Source: an uncultured archaeon
Lineage (GTDB): Archaea; Asgardarchaeota; Thorarchaeia; Thorarchaeales; CAZPUN01
Direction: 5' to 3'
Length of the DNA stretch: 32,000 nt
Assembly: GCA_964589775.1 (NCBI GenBank)
Contig: CAZPUN010000039.1
Coordinates: forward strand, 1 to 32,000
Shown: one piece after another, positions 18,153 to 27,856 of the stretch
Numbering within the stretch: position 1 is the stretch's first letter
Layout: every line of letters begins with the position of its first letter
The notes under the pieces: model-generated
Seen by the model: only the letters and a program-made list of their open reading frames with translations
The model's database searches: none
Told to the model about the DNA's origin: nothing
Translations under genes and position numbers: made by a program

Positions 18153-18602
18153 ATGATGATGGGTATGGACAATACATATGAGGGATTGGATTTAGATAAT
18201 GCAATTTTCATCGGTTTTATGATGGGATTGCGGGATGTTCTAGGAAGAGGATCTCAATCAATCGCAAATATAATAGGAATACATGTTTCAAACGAAATAT
18301 TGCGATTCGCTGAAGCACATAATATGAACATAAATTCCTTTGATGATTTCAAATATTTTGCGGACAAATATGGTCTTGCAGGATATCTCGAATTAGAAGA
18401 ATTTACGGACCATATCGTTATCAAGATTGCAAAATGTAAGATATGCCCGAAAAAAATAGGAAAGTATGAATTTGATGGTACTGCATGCCCATGGGGCGGC
18501 ATACTGAATGGAATCTTATCAAATATAAAAGACGAGCGATATTCAATAGCCGCCAATTTGACACCGGGCGAAGTTTGCGAGATTACACTAAAAAAGAGAT
18601 GA
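18153..18602 (+). CDS. V4R / methanogen-output-domain-like protein
   Basis: Helical N-half followed by CKICP...ACPWGGIL.G...CEITL, the Cys pattern of the V4R/H-NOX/Bet3-like fold. Confidence 0.6.
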   Translation: MMMGMDNTYEGLDLDNAIFIGFMMGLRDVLGRGSQSIANIIGIHVSNEILRFAEAHNMNINSFDDFKYFADKYGLAGYLELEEFTDHIVIKIAKCKICPKKIGKYEFDGTACPWGGILNGILSNIKDERYSIAANLTPGEVCEITLKKR

Positions 18603-18725
18603 TGTGTTAATAATCATTCAAAAATCCATTTTATTTTTTAAAAAATGTAATAAGAAAAAGACTTATTTTTATAAAATGTTAAATCAAGTTAAAGAAAGAT
18701 GATTGATTTGACACGAGGGATTAAC

Positions 18726-19154
18726 ATGTCAGACATTGATGCAGAACTTGAGAGGATAAGAGCTAAAAAGATGCAAATGCTAATGAAGATGGCCCAGAAA
18801 CCCGCACAACCTGTCTATTCCGCTCCGGTATATTTATCGGATGCAGACTTTGATGAAAAGATAAATAGTATTGATGTTGCACTTGTAGATTTTTATGGCG
18901 AGTGGTGTCATCCATGCAAGGCTATTGCACCGATTCTCGAAGCAATTGCTCAACAATATGCCGGAAAAATAATGATCGGTAAAGTTGATGTAGATAAGAA
19001 TCCATTACTTGCAAGACGATTTAGAATTCAGAGTATTCCACTAGTAATCGCATTCTATAAGGGTAAGCCAGTTCATTCAATTCTCGGAGCTAGACCTGCA
19101 AATGTTTATCTTAGTGTAATAAATGCACTATTAAAACAAAAAGAAGAAGAATAA
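18726..19154 (+). CDS. trxA: Thioredoxin with archaeal N-terminal helix
   Basis: VDFYGEWCHPCK, cis-Pro IQSIP, GA; N-terminal DAELERIRAKK extension. ATG 18726 follows GAGGG. Confidence 0.93.
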   Translation: MSDIDAELERIRAKKMQMLMKMAQKPAQPVYSAPVYLSDADFDEKINSIDVALVDFYGEWCHPCKAIAPILEAIAQQYAGKIMIGKVDVDKNPLLARRFRIQSIPLVIAFYKGKPVHSILGARPANVYLSVINALLKQKEEE

Positions 19155-19164
19155 AGAAATCTCC

Positions 19165-19833
19165 TCATTCACTTCTTTTTATGAATATTTTTATAGGCTG
19201 CAAGAAATATTGCGTCGTGGCTTCACCAATTTCAAAGCTAGTGGTCATTGGAACTAGTTTGACTACTGATTGCTCAACATCAATCACAAATGAAGGTCTC
19301 TCAACTATTTCTTCTCCAGGCTGTATTATTACATCTTCAGGCTTTTCAAGATCGCTTCCGCTCAGATAAACAATTTCAGAATCATTAAGATCATCAATAC
19401 GCACTGCAGAGTAGGTCCGCTTCAATTTCCGGAATTTGATAGGTTTGTCGCCCTCGTTTCTGATACGGAAATCCATTACGATCTTATCGCCATATTCGTA
19501 TTCAATTCCATTAGGTAGAACAACTTCAATTTTATAAGGCGGATCTTCATATTCATCATATGCGGGAAGATTTTTTGCAAGCGACTCGCTCACAAAATCG
19601 ATGGATATATCCTTATACTTCTTTATGAATTCATTAAGAGTTTCCATAAAATAATCGGGATTTCCTGAATTAACTAATATGATATCCATAGTATATGGTT
19701 CAAGGTCAAAATAAATTTCAGTTATCTTACCATCTTCTTCTTTAAAATGTACAACTTTAAAACCATATGATTTTAGTTCAGAAACGATTTCGTGTTTTAG
19801 TGAAAGATTGGGTCCTCGAATTCGAATTAACAT
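19165..19833 (-). CDS. Hypothetical protein (possible ACT-like N-domain plus Ig-like C-domain)
   Basis: Long ORF with AGGAG RBS 9 nt before ATG 19833. C-half Y..GD.I......RN.GDKPI is a common Ig-like beta-sandwich pattern. Confidence 0.7.
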   Translation of the reverse strand: MLIRIRGPNLSLKHEIVSELKSYGFKVVHFKEEDGKITEIYFDLEPYTMDIILVNSGNPDYFMETLNEFIKKYKDISIDFVSESLAKNLPAYDEYEDPPYKIEVVLPNGIEYEYGDKIVMDFRIRNEGDKPIKFRKLKRTYSAVRIDDLNDSEIVYLSGSDLEKPEDVIIQPGEEIVERPSFVIDVEQSVVKLVPMTTSFEIGEATTQYFLQPIKIFIKRSE

Positions 19834-20059
19834 TAAAATCAACTCCTACACAAAATATTGTAAATTATAAATAAAAATTTTTCATAAATATAAAGATAAA
19901 ATTAAATAAATTGATTAAAACAAAATATTCGATACTAAATTTTACAAAAAGTAATAAAATCAGAAAATACACAACTCATTATAGAAAATCAATTTGTCAT
20001 ATTAGGACCAAAAAAAATTATAAGTAGATAATACCAATAGAAGATAAAAGGGACCATAA

Positions 20060-21016
20060 ATGGGGATCTTTATGAAAAAACATAACTTAATAATGCTGAC
20101 ATTTGTCATTTTTTTAATTTGGCAAAGCTCAATTACAAATATAGCTGCTGATGAACATGTTTCAGCACAGCAATACAATTACAAATTTCTATTCATACAC
20201 CACTCAGTGGGCTCAAATTGGCTAAGTCAAGGACAATTAAGGAGTAATCTAACAAATATTGGAATTGATGTACATGATGCAACATATGGTGATGATATAG
20301 GTGAGAACACAGATGTTTGCCATTGGTATCCCAAATTCAGAGACCATTTTAACGAAGTTAGAACTTTTGACGATAATGATATGTATTACACAGACGGAAG
20401 CTTTAACCAAATTGTAATGTTCAAATCATGTTATCCAAACAGCGATATTATTGGCTATGGAACTGAACCCGGAGACCCGGAAAGCTGCACGAGAACAATG
20501 GCAAATTACAAAGCAACATATAACGCGCTTTTACCAATTTTCAAGAATCATACGGATATGCTTTTCATACCAGTAACAGCTCCACCTTTGAATGTTCATT
20601 CAAGTTCGTATAACGCAGATCATGCCGCTTTAGCCCGAGAATTTAACAATTGGCTAAAAAATGAATGGGCACCGAATGTTACAAATGTAGCAGTTTTTGA
20701 TCTGTTCGACGTTCTAGCGGATCCTACTACGAACGGATTACGAGATGAATATGCCGCAGGAACTGATAGCCATCCGACTGCAGCTGGAAGTATGGCAGCA
20801 ACGGAAGCATTTATGCCATTTTTCACAAATGCACTTGATATATGGGTCAATGGTTCAAGCACGAGTACAGGAACAAGCAGTACAAACACCAATACAAATA
20901 CAAATAGTGGAACTGATGAAAATACAGGAATTCACGATCTATATCTTCCAATTGCTATTGGAGGCGGCATCATAACTTTAGCTGTTATTGTAATTGTATT
21001 ATACCACCAGCGATGA
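20060..21016 (+). CDS. Secreted, C-terminally anchored SGNH-hydrolase-like protein
   Basis: Signal peptide MKKHNLIMLTFVIFLIW, FIHHSVG, MFKSCYP, FDLFD.LA, DSHP, Ser/Thr/Asn linker, C-terminal TM helix. Confidence 0.7.
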   Translation: MGIFMKKHNLIMLTFVIFLIWQSSITNIAADEHVSAQQYNYKFLFIHHSVGSNWLSQGQLRSNLTNIGIDVHDATYGDDIGENTDVCHWYPKFRDHFNEVRTFDDNDMYYTDGSFNQIVMFKSCYPNSDIIGYGTEPGDPESCTRTMANYKATYNALLPIFKNHTDMLFIPVTAPPLNVHSSSYNADHAALAREFNNWLKNEWAPNVTNVAVFDLFDVLADPTTNGLRDEYAAGTDSHPTAAGSMAATEAFMPFFTNALDIWVNGSSTSTGTSSTNTNTNTNSGTDENTGIHDLYLPIAIGGGIITLAVIVIVLYHQR

Positions 21017-21046
21017 GGAGTGTTCCACTCCATTTCTTTTTATTTT
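21017..21046 (+). terminator. Hairpin plus T-tract terminator
   Basis: GGAGTG-TTC-CACTCC (21017-21031) followed by ATTTCTTTTTATTTT directly after the stop codon. Confidence 0.6.
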
Positions 21047-21159
21047 AAAATATTTAGAATTAGAAAAACTTCATAAAACGACAGAATACGCTCTAATTTT
21101 TATCAATAAGTTTATAATTATTGTATATAAATATCATAATACATAGGAGATTAATAAAA

Positions 21160-21759
21160 ATGCACCACGTCACATATCATGTACAAAAGGGGAAACTTGT
21201 TAAAGTTCCTAATGACGGAAAATTTGGAAGAGGCGACTGCTATCTAATTGATGCAGGTTTGAAGATATATCTCTGGATCGGAGAAAACTCCACAGTTGAT
21301 GAGAAATTCTTAGTTGCTGCAAGTTCAGTTTTCAAGGATACGCGTCGAAAAGGCGAAGCGATAATTGAACGCATAGAACAGGGAAAAGAGCCCAAGGAAT
21401 TCTTAGACTTGTTTGGTGGCAAAATAGAAGTTACAGACCAAGATACCGAAGGAATCTTACGAAAGGTCCATCTTGAAAAAAGAGAATACAAACTATTCCA
21501 CATTAAAGAAGTTAATGATGAAATTTTCTTCACGGAAGTTGAAAAATCCAAAGATTCACTTAATTCAGATGATGTATTTCTGCTGGATACATTTGATAAG
21601 ATCTATGTCTGGCGAGGAAAGAATTCTACAGGAATGGAGAAGTTCCAGGGTACATTCTTTGCGAGACGATACGACGAAGAACGAGCAGGCGTTCAGGAAC
21701 TTATTTTAATTGAAGAAGGAGAGGAGCCGGAAGAATTTCTTAAGGCTCTCGAGGCATAA
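21160..21759 (+). CDS. Two-domain gelsolin-family actin regulator (Asgard 2DGel-like)
   Basis: Two repeats: GDCYLID...IYLWIG.NS..DEK...EQGKEPKEF and DDVFLLD...IYVWRG.NS..MEK...EEGEEPEEF; LRKV in the linker. ATG 21160 follows AGGAG. Confidence 0.9.
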   Translation: MHHVTYHVQKGKLVKVPNDGKFGRGDCYLIDAGLKIYLWIGENSTVDEKFLVAASSVFKDTRRKGEAIIERIEQGKEPKEFLDLFGGKIEVTDQDTEGILRKVHLEKREYKLFHIKEVNDEIFFTEVEKSKDSLNSDDVFLLDTFDKIYVWRGKNSTGMEKFQGTFFARRYDEERAGVQELILIEEGEEPEEFLKALEA

Positions 21760-21765
21760 TTTGTA

Positions 21766-23775
21766 TTATGCCGTATTCTCCTCATTTTCTTCTTCTACAG
21801 ATATATCAATATCGGAAACTTCCGCGGTCTTTTCATTTTCGACCCAAGCGAATTTTCTAACCAGGGTCTTAGGATAATACTTCTTCCAGTCATATCCAAC
21901 CTGCTGGAACCATTTATAGAAAACACGTGGATCAATGTAGGATTTAAGACTAGTACCCAGGTTCCATGTGCGAGTTTTATTGCTCATCTCAAATTGTGTT
22001 TTTAACTTCTTTTTCGCAAGTTTAGCCTTCTTAACTCGTAGCTTTGCGGTTTCAATTTGCTTCTTCTTTTTCTCAATTCGTCGCTTGGTGGTTTCAATTC
22101 GCTTTTTAATTCGGCTCCGTTTCTTCTCTTTCTCTTCGGCTTTGAGCTCTTCCCTTAAAGATTTCAGCTTATCATTCAACTCAGCCAATTGCTCTTTCCG
22201 CTCATCTAATTTTGCCTCGGCTTTCTCAATACGTTCATCTGCTTTCTTTAAGCGTTCTTTGTAGCGTTCGACACGCTTATCCCAATTTTTTGGTCCTTGC
22301 TTAAAGTGATTACAGATTTTTGCAGCCTCTAGATTTGCAAGTTGTGCTTGCTTTTTCTTTTCAAAATCAGGAGCATCGGGGTCAATTTTCACGTTTTCCA
22401 AATATTTTTCAACAGCTATCGTAGCGTTAAAAGTTCTGAACACCTTCGCAGTAAGCCCAGGCATCGCTTTCTGCAAAAATTCATTAACGTGACGGCTGGT
22501 CACATCAGGAAAAATCTGAGGATTATCCAAAGTGGGATGGCCCGTCTTCCGAGTTTTAGGTGCTTCAGCGTTCGCAATCAATTCCTCAAGATTCTTCAGA
22601 ACAATGGGTGGAAACTTTACCTTTTTGTGCCATAGAACACTATCCTTTCCAAGAAACTTAAATTCGACCGTACCATCTTTGTGAATCTTAATATGTTCCG
22701 GTCTTAACGTAGTAGCACCAACAGTATCCGCCTCATCTGGATCCTTCTCATCACCAACTCTCATACTAAGCTTGTCAATAATATAGCATGCCGTAGCAAT
22801 CTGCCGAATTTTTGGATCTTCACTTGATAAGGCATCTTCAATATATTTTCTAACCCGTTCAATTTCCGTTCTGAGCCGCATGGCAGACTCAAACTTCATC
22901 TTTTCACGTGCCTGTTTCAATGGTGAAGTGTCCGCAAGCCATACATATTTGACTTTTCCGGTCAGTTTATCCGTCCATTTGGCTACGTATAACGTATCTG
23001 GTTCCCAATGAACTTCCTTCCAGCCCCAACCGGGCATCGGAGCCTCATCACATAAGTTTAGGATAATATCAGACTCTTGAGCTCCTTCTTTCCAGCAACC
23101 TCGTAATGGATGCTCTCCTCGACCCATAAAAATACTGCTCGGCTCTACAACATAATTCGAAATTTCCATAACTTCCGGTTCAAAAATATCGAATCCGATA
23201 AGTCGTTTAACACTTAAGGGCTCATTCTCATCAAATTCAGGAATCCGCGGATGCGCAATTAACTCAGCAACTAATTCTGCAACAATCTCATTAATAAACA
23301 CGGAAAATTCATCTTCAACCTGATTGTCATTTTCTGATGTAATTAGTTCAAGTATTCTACTTTCTATGTTTGCAAATAGATCGTCATCAACTTCGCCATA
23401 GATTGCATACCCATATTTTGCCTTGAGAGCCTCACGCTTTTTCTTTCGTTCCTCACGCAGGATCTTTTTCTCTTCCTTGCTCATATTTTCCTTTCGTGCC
23501 TTTTCCTCTTCGACAATTCTAATAGCAGGCGTAAAATCAACTTCATCTACAGTTAGCGGAGGCTCAATACCAAGCTCTTTACTGAAATCTTTCATAAAAT
23601 TAGCAACGAATACTTCGTCTTCAACATATGCAGTCCCCTGTTTCTTTGCCCATGCAATAGCCATTTCTTCTTGCTTCGGTGTTAACTTAATCGTCTTCCC
23701 TCGAACCACAAGCTCAAGCCCAAAATATTCAGGAGGGGGTGGAACATATACACCGCGATGTATCAAGATCTTCAT
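21766..23775 (-). CDS. top1: DNA topoisomerase IB, large eukaryote-like form
   Basis: Catalytic pentad SMRVG, FLGKDS, KVFRT, ICNH and SYIDPR (Y613); FMGRGEHPLRG; long coiled-coil linker before the Tyr domain. Confidence 0.95.
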   Translation of the reverse strand: MKILIHRGVYVPPPPEYFGLELVVRGKTIKLTPKQEEMAIAWAKKQGTAYVEDEVFVANFMKDFSKELGIEPPLTVDEVDFTPAIRIVEEEKARKENMSKEEKKILREERKKKREALKAKYGYAIYGEVDDDLFANIESRILELITSENDNQVEDEFSVFINEIVAELVAELIAHPRIPEFDENEPLSVKRLIGFDIFEPEVMEISNYVVEPSSIFMGRGEHPLRGCWKEGAQESDIILNLCDEAPMPGWGWKEVHWEPDTLYVAKWTDKLTGKVKYVWLADTSPLKQAREKMKFESAMRLRTEIERVRKYIEDALSSEDPKIRQIATACYIIDKLSMRVGDEKDPDEADTVGATTLRPEHIKIHKDGTVEFKFLGKDSVLWHKKVKFPPIVLKNLEELIANAEAPKTRKTGHPTLDNPQIFPDVTSRHVNEFLQKAMPGLTAKVFRTFNATIAVEKYLENVKIDPDAPDFEKKKQAQLANLEAAKICNHFKQGPKNWDKRVERYKERLKKADERIEKAEAKLDERKEQLAELNDKLKSLREELKAEEKEKKRSRIKKRIETTKRRIEKKKKQIETAKLRVKKAKLAKKKLKTQFEMSNKTRTWNLGTSLKSYIDPRVFYKWFQQVGYDWKKYYPKTLVRKFAWVENEKTAEVSDIDISVEEENEENTA

Positions 23776-24024
23776 TGTATTTCAACCGATAGAATTGATT
23801 CCCAAATGATGTTTTCCCATATAAGAACATATAGCAGAATTTTAGTCTTTTAACTATATCGAATTTAGATATTCCAAACAAGTTTTTTAGATTTTCCCAA
23901 AAATGAACAAAAAATGATTGGGGAAAAGATCTATCAATTAGTCACATAAATCAAGAATCAAAATATTTATAAAAATTAAATGTTTAATAATTCTTAAACA
24001 TTTCACAATTCTTAATATAAAATT

Positions 24025-26790
24025 ATGAATTGGGAGGAAAAAGGTGTGCTATTATATTCGCTAAAGCGCGTAAAAAGAGGTTGGCGTCTTTTTACATTTA
24101 TGTTCATAGGGATCGTAATCTCAACGACACTATTTGCAGGAACAAACATAGGTTCTAACCAAATTATGTCTGGAATCATCAATGAACAAATAAGTTCAGT
24201 AAAAGTAGATATGTCTGCACGAGGATATACAAACATTACCGATGATACGACAATAAATCAAATAAATTCATTAAGCCACGTTACACATGCGGAGCAATTA
24301 GGTATTATTAATATTATAACGAATGCATCATCACGTTTATCATATCTAATAGGGCTACAACAAAATTCGAAGTTACAAAGCGGGATTACGCTAGTTAGAG
24401 GTCGGGAACCAACAGGTGTGAATGAGACGGTAATTCCCATAGATTCAACAATGGCAAATAACGTCGATATTGGGGATACACTCTATCTTAATATAACATG
24501 GATGAACTACACAACATATTCAATAAATTCTGTATTATACCCATTAAAAGTAGTTGGAGTCGTATCATTAAATGATACCGTAAAAAACATCTTTCAAGAC
24601 GTATATGTAATTTATAATTCGTATAATAGTATGTATATTTCAGAAACAGAAACACCATATGATTTCGCAATTGTAAACTACGATACATGCTTGGAGTTCG
24701 CCAAAAAAGAAGAAACTATTACAAAAACACATGATCTTACAATTAAAATATTAATTTGGGTCGATAGAACATATTATGCAAATCCGTACGACATTGATAC
24801 AAGCATTCAAAGGTTAGAACAATTAAAATCTCAAGTTGGGAATATTCTAAGCAATTATGATTTTTATGTTCGAAGTGATCTGCTTGCAATGCTGCAATTT
24901 TCATCTTTTATGATAAGTTTTATCAAAATACAGCTTCTAATCACAAGTCTACCGATTTTCTTCATGGTATGGTATATGGGTACGATCCTTAGCAATCTAA
25001 CATACAACCTGAGGCGTAAAGAAATTGGACTGCTATTGACTAAAGGATTTGAACCAAGTAGAATTCGGCGGATGTTCCTAACTGAAGGTTTGATCATTGG
25101 CATACTCGCCGGCGTCATAGGAATTTTCACAGGTGGTGTGGCCTCAGCAATTACTATAGGCGACGAAGGTCTTACATTTCCTGCTTCGGCGATAGGAATC
25201 GATACTGTGATTATTACAATTATTGCAGGTGCCATATTTGGAATTTTCAGCGTTTACGGACCTGCAGGTAGAGCTTCCAAAATGAAGGTACTAAATGCAC
25301 TGAGAGAATACGTATATATCGAGGAAGAAGCACCATATAGAGATAAACTTGCGAAAATTGCGTTACTACTCGGTACTTACAAGTTAATTACGTGGCTATT
25401 AGGGTTCTCCGTTATTGATATCATGAGAAACATTTCATACTCAAACATACTTTTAGTAATTGCAGTAGTTATTTGGATGTTTGTTGATATGGGTCTGAGT
25501 TACATAGGTCCAATTTTGTTCTTCTATGGATTTGCGAAGATTTTCATTCAGAAGTCCATGAAGTTTAAGGACAAGATCGAATCGTTCGCTTCAACTATAT
25601 ACGGCGAACTCGGAAAACTTGCAGCTAAGGATATCAGTAGAAATACCGCACGAAATGCTTCTGTAGCCTTCATTTTAGCACTAATAATCGGATACTCTGT
25701 AAGCTCATCATTTTATGCAACTTCAAATATTGATTTCATGAATCGTCGAATTTATGCAGAGGTAGGCAGTGACGTACGAATAGATTTGGTTAATGCAAAT
25801 AATATGTCCTACGCACTAAATAACCTGTCAAAAATGGAAAATGTACAACACGTTGCGGGAGTATATTCTACAATAGTAGGTACTACATATAGACAAGCAA
25901 GAATTAATGTTGTTAATGGAACGGATTGGTTAGCGACCGCATATTATGAGGATAGCTGGTTTTCATCCTCACCACAGGAACTATTCGCACAGCTGGATTC
26001 AAGCAACTCAATAATATTAGAAAGAATTATTGCAGCAAACCTTGAACTTGAAATAGGCGATTATATACATGTTGATATTGGTCATAAATCAGTTAATCTA
26101 AAAATTATTGGATTGTTTGGACCAATTCCACAAACCCAATCAATCGGCGGCACTACTTATACATTTGCTGAATCAACATGGTCTTTTGTCTCATGGAAAA
26201 CGATCAATACAACCGTTGGAAGCAGTTTTAGTGCAGATTCATCATATGTGCTCGTAAAATTAAACAATTTAGAAAATACATATTCATTTACGGATACAGT
26301 AAAGAACTACACATCATATGTAAAAAATATAAATTCTGTCAAATATCAGAAAGACCAATTATCCACATCATATCAATATTCACTAAACATACGGGTTTCT
26401 CAACTTATTATGCTATTTACAATGATCTTAGCAACTTTAGGCACATTTGTTATCACTCAGGTCTCACTTGCGGAAAAACGACGCGAAATCGCATTAATCA
26501 GCGTTCGCGGACTTTCCATAAGACAAATGGCACAAATGTTACTCGCGGAGACTTCAGTCATCTTCATTCTATCGATGATACTGGGTATTTTCGTCGGAAC
26601 TATAATGGCTTATGGCTCCGTAATTTCACAGGCTAAGATATTTAGTACATTGGTAGTACATAGACTTGTATTTGGTCTAGATGTATTAGGTACTATTGCA
26701 GCTTTTATTGGTGCGATATTATTATGTGTAATAATTCCGGTCCTGCTTGCGGCAAGACGAGGAAGCAGAGATTTTGAAACATTGAGGTGA
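24025..26790 (+). CDS. MacB/FtsX-family ABC transporter permease, copy 1
   Basis: Two FtsX-like TM modules (RRKEIGLLLTKG; KRREIALISVRG) with large extracellular loops. True start is probably GTG 24046. Confidence 0.9.
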   Translation: MNWEEKGVLLYSLKRVKRGWRLFTFMFIGIVISTTLFAGTNIGSNQIMSGIINEQISSVKVDMSARGYTNITDDTTINQINSLSHVTHAEQLGIINIITNASSRLSYLIGLQQNSKLQSGITLVRGREPTGVNETVIPIDSTMANNVDIGDTLYLNITWMNYTTYSINSVLYPLKVVGVVSLNDTVKNIFQDVYVIYNSYNSMYISETETPYDFAIVNYDTCLEFAKKEETITKTHDLTIKILIWVDRTYYANPYDIDTSIQRLEQLKSQVGNILSNYDFYVRSDLLAMLQFSSFMISFIKIQLLITSLPIFFMVWYMGTILSNLTYNLRRKEIGLLLTKGFEPSRIRRMFLTEGLIIGILAGVIGIFTGGVASAITIGDEGLTFPASAIGIDTVIITIIAGAIFGIFSVYGPAGRASKMKVLNALREYVYIEEEAPYRDKLAKIALLLGTYKLITWLLGFSVIDIMRNISYSNILLVIAVVIWMFVDMGLSYIGPILFFYGFAKIFIQKSMKFKDKIESFASTIYGELGKLAAKDISRNTARNASVAFILALIIGYSVSSSFYATSNIDFMNRRIYAEVGSDVRIDLVNANNMSYALNNLSKMENVQHVAGVYSTIVGTTYRQARINVVNGTDWLATAYYEDSWFSSSPQELFAQLDSSNSIILERIIAANLELEIGDYIHVDIGHKSVNLKIIGLFGPIPQTQSIGGTTYTFAESTWSFVSWKTINTTVGSSFSADSSYVLVKLNNLENTYSFTDTVKNYTSYVKNINSVKYQKDQLSTSYQYSLNIRVSQLIMLFTMILATLGTFVITQVSLAEKRREIALISVRGLSIRQMAQMLLAETSVIFILSMILGIFVGTIMAYGSVISQAKIFSTLVVHRLVFGLDVLGTIAAFIGAILLCVIIPVLLAARRGSRDFETLR

Positions 26791-26795
26791 TAATT

Positions 26796-27686
26796 GTGGC
26801 ATTTATTGAAGCTAAAGACTTGGTAAAAGTATATTCAACAGGAAGTATTGAAGTTCAAGCTCTTAGAGGTTTGAACATTGAAATTGAAGAAGGACAATTC
26901 GTATCGATCATGGGACCTTCCGGAAGCGGTAAAACTACTTTACTAAACATATTAGGAGGGCTGGACACTCCAACCGCAGGAAAAGTCATTGTTCAAGGTG
27001 TATCTCTCGGTCAGCTATCCTTTAACAATATTGTAAAGTTTCGAAGAGAAGTTGTAGGACATATATTTCAGTCTTTCAATCTCATTCCAACACTAACAGC
27101 ATATGAGAACGTAGAACTACCCATGATCGCTGCTGGAAAACCCAGAAACGAACGCCATGATAGAATTATGGAACTACTAAGCATACTAGGAATTGCAGAT
27201 AGAGCGAAACATAAACCAGACGAATTAAGTGGTGGAGAGCAACAACGAGTCGCCATAGCTGCAGCATTGGCAAATGATCCCCCAATAATCCTTGCGGACG
27301 AACCCACGGGAGAACTCGACACGACTAATGCGCGAATGATCGTCGATTATCTCAATAAGATTAACAAAGAAATGGGCAAGACCATCATTATGGTAACTCA
27401 CGATCCTTCTGTAGCTCGAAAGACCCAGAAGATTTTCAGAATCGAAGACGGAAGAATTATTGCGGCGGTAAGACCATCTGAACTAAAGGAAGAAACTTCT
27501 GCAAAATCCTATGGAGAACAAATCAGGCTGCGAATCGAAGCTCTTGATGAGGAGCTCAGGGAACTTGATGAAGAGTTCAAGTCTGGAAGGATCGATGGAG
27601 ACCAATATTCAGAGAATAGATTACGAATTAAAAAGATCAAAGAAGCACTTATTGAAGAACTACACAGAATGGGTGAATCGATCTAA
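26796..27686 (+). CDS. LolD/MacB-type ABC ATP-binding protein, copy 1
   Basis: GPSGSGKT, LSGGEQQR, ILADEPTG, VTHD. GAGGTGA RBS before GTG 26796 (ORF track starts at 26787). Confidence 0.95.
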   Translation: MAFIEAKDLVKVYSTGSIEVQALRGLNIEIEEGQFVSIMGPSGSGKTTLLNILGGLDTPTAGKVIVQGVSLGQLSFNNIVKFRREVVGHIFQSFNLIPTLTAYENVELPMIAAGKPRNERHDRIMELLSILGIADRAKHKPDELSGGEQQRVAIAAALANDPPIILADEPTGELDTTNARMIVDYLNKINKEMGKTIIMVTHDPSVARKTQKIFRIEDGRIIAAVRPSELKEETSAKSYGEQIRLRIEALDEELRELDEEFKSGRIDGDQYSENRLRIKKIKEALIEELHRMGESI

Positions 27687-27856
27687 TCGTTTTACTCATT
27701 TTTTCTTTTTGTTTTTAGCGATATTATTTATTGATTTTCATGATGCGAACAAACCCTTTCAAAAATGGAACACGCAATCAAGAAACGAAATGCTTATTAA
27801 AAACAATAAGATATGCCGCCTAAACCTTTCATTTGTTTTAAATTCATAACAAACTT

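Noticed and set aside
23173-23397. Intein in topoisomerase IB
   Set aside because: Too short, with no N-terminal Cys/Ser block and no His-Asn C-terminus.
27511-27849. 112-aa ORF bridging the two ABC units
   Set aside because: It overlaps the ATPase in another frame and runs through a T-rich terminator-like region.
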